This document shows positions 62,101 through 64,000 of a DNA stretch of 64,000 bases, piece after piece. The DNA is from Candidatus Cloacimonadales bacterium (lineage in GTDB: Bacteria > Cloacimonadota > Cloacimonadia > Cloacimonadales > JAIOQZ01). Every line of letters begins with the position of its first letter. Within the stretch, counting starts at the first letter, position 1. The position numbers were made by a program, and so were the translations under genes. The stretch spans positions 3,712,001 to 3,776,000 of the forward strand of contig OY771587.1 in NCBI GenBank assembly GCA_963674825.1, written 5' to 3'. The notes under the pieces were generated by a model that searched no databases, was not told the origin of the DNA, and saw only the letters and a list, made by a program, of their open reading frames with translations.

Positions 62101-62855
62101 CTTGCGTCACACTTACGCCCAGTAACTCGATTCTGCTCGGAGAATGGACGCACGTGGCTGTGACCTACGACGGACAGAGCGCTTTTACGGTGTATCTCAA
62201 CGGTCAGGCGCAGGAGCTCACGCAGTCCGCAACGCCTTCCGGCGCGCTGGTTGACAACAGCGGCAGCGACTTTGTCATCGGCAACACCTGCGAACCCGAC
62301 AGCATGATGATTGTTCCCAGTTACTCGGGAGCTATAGACGAGCTGCGCGTGTGGAACGATGTCCGCACAGCCAGTGAAGTACAGCAGAACATGAGCCACG
62401 CGCTTACCGGCAGCGAAGACGATCTCGCCGGATACTGGAACATGAACGAAGCCATCGGTGACGAGATTCTGGACCGCACGAGCAACGCGGCGATCGGCGT
62501 GCTGCATTACGTCGCCTGGACAGACGGCGCTATCGATCCGCCGGTGGCTGTCGATGAACACGATATCGCCCCGCAGGTCACGCGCTTGCGACAGAATGTC
62601 CCCAACCCGTTTAATCCCCAGACCACCATCCGCTTCTCGTTGCGCGAGAACGCCAGCGCCGTCGCCCTCGACGTGTACAACGTAAGAGGCCAGAAGGTGC
62701 GTACGCTGGTGCGCGGCGCGCTTGAATCCGGCGAGCACAGCGTGGTGTGGCGCGGCGACGACGACAACGGAGCGCCGGTGTCGTCGGGCGTCTACTTCTA
62801 CCGGCTGCAGGCCGGCGACAAGGTGGAAGCGAAGAAGATGCTGCTGCTGAAGTAG
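59115..62855 (+). CDS. S8 (subtilisin-like) serine peptidase with PKD, LamG and FlgD-Ig/T9SS-type C-terminal domains
   Basis: DSGID, HGT, AAAGN, GTSFASP; SWAWDFDNDG; GAIDELRVWN; NVPNPFNP...KKMLLLK; GGAGG RBS. Confidence 0.93.
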   Translation: MLLFGKNSASPVKLSVLLLILLIATACFGNEVPSFFPGTLTVKLTEDFELLCRQEGSVRFGAESLDALAEQFGASALEKRFRYNERMATRAGADGLARIYRLTLDESADILAAARAFSADPHVEYAEPIYIMYEYDTPNDTYYADAHQLTQIYASQAWDVHHGEDGTEVVIGMCDSGIDWTHNDLVDNLFQNLGEDADHDGHVIEFINGEWVFDPGDVNNVDDDDNGYADDFVGWNFHNDDGSPINDPNGSMTNVHGTLSTGMAAARTNNNLGVASVSWNVKFYPTKHGMNYITWPPGIIYDAFDGIIYLAEMGCDIINCSWGGDGYSYANQEALAYARNLGAIIVAAAGNASSESPLFYPASYPEVISVAAVIPGDLATIYTNYGIGIDVCAPGGTYSGARIQSTSFGNEYGFCSGTSFASPIVSGLLALLKSYHPDWTNDQLITQVLGTCDDIDSNNPDYENKLGCGRINAYRALTETNVTIPQELRLELVGWLPIDDSDGDNMLEPGDAASIGLVLRNYAHYVSSDNVTLTLSVNNSDVTVTNASSTVSIPADCDDIVFEDLFTIQVAASAEPQTIDLTVQVAADIDITYGQSFTLQQYISPSGVLIWDGGVNDQNNMHFSGDFIYQYLQANNIDCAIATEFPSSLVGFDAVFLSFGNYGEAGSFDYPFLSREARTVTEYLEAGGKLYLEGGSALGFYNGDNAELLDLLGLSVIDSGDYEDYFDALVGQDGTLGEDLVFDRSTQFPRFFLDRFAASGSGQVVFTARDYGDVAVQNTGSNGQKTFCSSYSLAGLHGDANFNRREMLLARILQFFGFPVMEPGFKLVYPDDFAPHAPIELTVLDKTVTSSAITSWAWDFDNDGTTDATVQNPNYTFDTPGWQTTTLTVSDGANTCSLTAENYLHLFNGDSALEFSNTTAHAGVATIAAEDAPELDGAFTLEVWIKPNEYGTETIVDNPPGCLIVDKGAVKMWPNENYQGMQEHCLAIMSEHANGACVTLTPSNSILLGEWTHVAVTYDGQSAFTVYLNGQAQELTQSATPSGALVDNSGSDFVIGNTCEPDSMMIVPSYSGAIDELRVWNDVRTASEVQQNMSHALTGSEDDLAGYWNMNEAIGDEILDRTSNAAIGVLHYVAWTDGAIDPPVAVDEHDIAPQVTRLRQNVPNPFNPQTTIRFSLRENASAVALDVYNVRGQKVRTLVRGALESGEHSVVWRGDDDNGAPVSSGVYFYRLQAGDKVEAKKMLLLK

Positions 62856-62875
62856 CCCCTTACGAAAGAGTTCAC

Positions 62876-62907
62876 AGCCTGTTCCCAGCCCGGGGACAGG
62901 CTTTTCT
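62876..62907 (+). terminator. Intrinsic terminator after the S8 gene
   Basis: AGCCTGTTCCC-AGCCC-GGGGACAGGCT plus TTT. Confidence 0.7.
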
Positions 62908-63061
62908 CGTGATTCGCCAGACAGGCTTTGGCGAGAACCATGGCGGTGCGTAGCAAGCCCTGCATGACATCAACCAGGCAAAGCTCCAATTTGTTCAGGC
63001 TGTTTGCTGACCAAACAAACCGGGACCGTTTCTTGATTTGCCACGTTTTTGTCACTTTTTG

Positions 63062-63083
63062 CCAAATCGCGTGTCACTTCACA
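63062..63083 (+). repeat. 22-bp direct repeat, copy 2
   Basis: Identical to 58845-58866. Confidence 0.9.
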
Positions 63084-63310
63084 CACACCCTTATTAAATG
63101 ACACCCCCTTGGCAGAAGTTTACAAACGCTCGGTTTTCCACCCAAGCATCGACGGACTTGCGAGATAGGCGTCTGCAAGCGTTTGTAAAGAAATGGCAGA
63201 AACGGTGCGTTTCGTCCCGTTCGGTGCCACCGGTTTGGCACATAGGTTCCACTCGCGCAGCCGTGTTAAGCCGTTATTTCCGTGGAGATTCGCGCAAGCT
63301 CATGGGATAT

Positions 63311-63395
63311 CGTCTGTAAAGCGACTGTAAAAGGGGCGTCTGTAAACGTGTGTAAAGGGCGTTTGTAAAAGAGCGACTGTAAAACGTTTGTAAAA
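63311..63395 (+). repeat. Array of seven CGNNTGTAAA motifs
   Basis: TGTAAA at 63315, 63326, 63341, 63351, 63364, 63378 and 63389. Confidence 0.85.
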
Positions 63396-63466
63396 CGCAA
63401 TGAAAAAGGCGAGCGTCAAACGACCGGGTGAAACGAACCCGATCGAACCGATGCTCGCCAATTCGT

Positions 63467-64000
63467 CTAATAGAGCCTGAACTGAATCACCACCACGCCC
63501 ACGAGGTGAACGTCCATTGGTGAATCCTCGTCGAGCACGATGACGTTGTACTCTCGGTTGAACGGCAGAAGCAGCACCTGCTTCTTGTGAGGCACGAGCT
63601 GCACCTTCTTCAGCGTGATGCCTTCGTCTGTTCTCACCGCGCAGACCTTACCATCGAGACTCATCCAGTCGTAGTTGTAATGGATGACCACGATGTCGCC
63701 GTGATGGATGTTCGGCTCCATGCTGTGACCGTTCACCCGGAAGACGCAGTAGTTCACCGTATCACTCGAAAGGAACACGCGCGGGATTTCGATATACGCG
63801 AGGCTGTCTTTCTTCGCCTTCACGGGAGGCCCCGCCGCAATCTCCGCTTCCACCGGCAGACTCACCGTCCGGCTGAAGTAGTTGTCCGACGGATTATACG
63901 GCCTGCCGTCGATTGTCTTGACCGTGTGCTTGAGCATTTCGAGTCGCTTTTTCCTACCATCCTCGGTCTCGAGTAACGCTTCAGGATACGGATCGATGAA
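63467..64000 (-). CDS. LexA/cI-like S24 peptidase-domain protein, 5' end outside the window
   Basis: IAAG cleavage-site motif, VNGHSMEP (Ser), TLKKV (Lys); frame open to the window edge. Confidence 0.85.
   Translation of the reverse strand, partial: FIDPYPEALLETEDGRKKRLEMLKHTVKTIDGRPYNPSDNYFSRTVSLPVEAEIAAGPPVKAKKDSLAYIEIPRVFLSSDTVNYCVFRVNGHSMEPNIHHGDIVVIHYNYDWMSLDGKVCAVRTDEGITLKKVQLVPHKKQVLLLPFNREYNVIVLDEDSPMDVHLVGVVVIQFRLY

Noticed and set aside
59175..62738. Three long minus-strand ORFs (267, 313 and 318 aa)
   Set aside because: Antisense shadows expected from the GC3-rich S8 gene.
63311..63395. Short repeat array as a CRISPR
   Set aside because: Units are about 10 bp with 0-5 nt gaps; there are no spacers and no cas genes.

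Overview
Bacterial chromosomal window, about 50% GC by eye. Three secreted proteins end in N(Y/V)PNPFNP.T.I.F...KKMLLLK sorting domains (FlgD-Ig/T9SS-like). Together with the gene content this suggests an FCB-group anaerobe, most likely Cloacimonadota; this is an inference and was not tested. Bases 1-46 kb are mostly housekeeping: gcvPA/gcvPB, dacB, cobB, an amidase, ribH-nusB, fhs, add, mfd, lpxH and a cyclophilin. Mixed in are a B12-radical-SAM/DarB-like ketosynthase/methyltransferase cluster, two complementary half histidine kinases, a DUF2089-DUF4097-SHOCT operon with a missed small ORF, and a late flagellar module. That module has an atypical flagellin, fliD with tandem sigma54 and sigma28 promoters, fliS, a double-domain FlgM and a Cys-rich unknown gene. 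Bases 46-64 kb are accessory. They hold large secreted proteins, two of which share a 96%-identical C-terminal cassette, and a complete 1035-bp IS256-family element with an 8-bp target duplication and a frameshifted transposase. They also hold a GC-rich S8 protease flanked by duplicated intergenic modules, and a CGNNTGTAAA motif array beside a LexA/cI-like S24 gene. No rRNA, tRNA or CRISPR array was seen. All family assignments come from motif recognition, not database searches.
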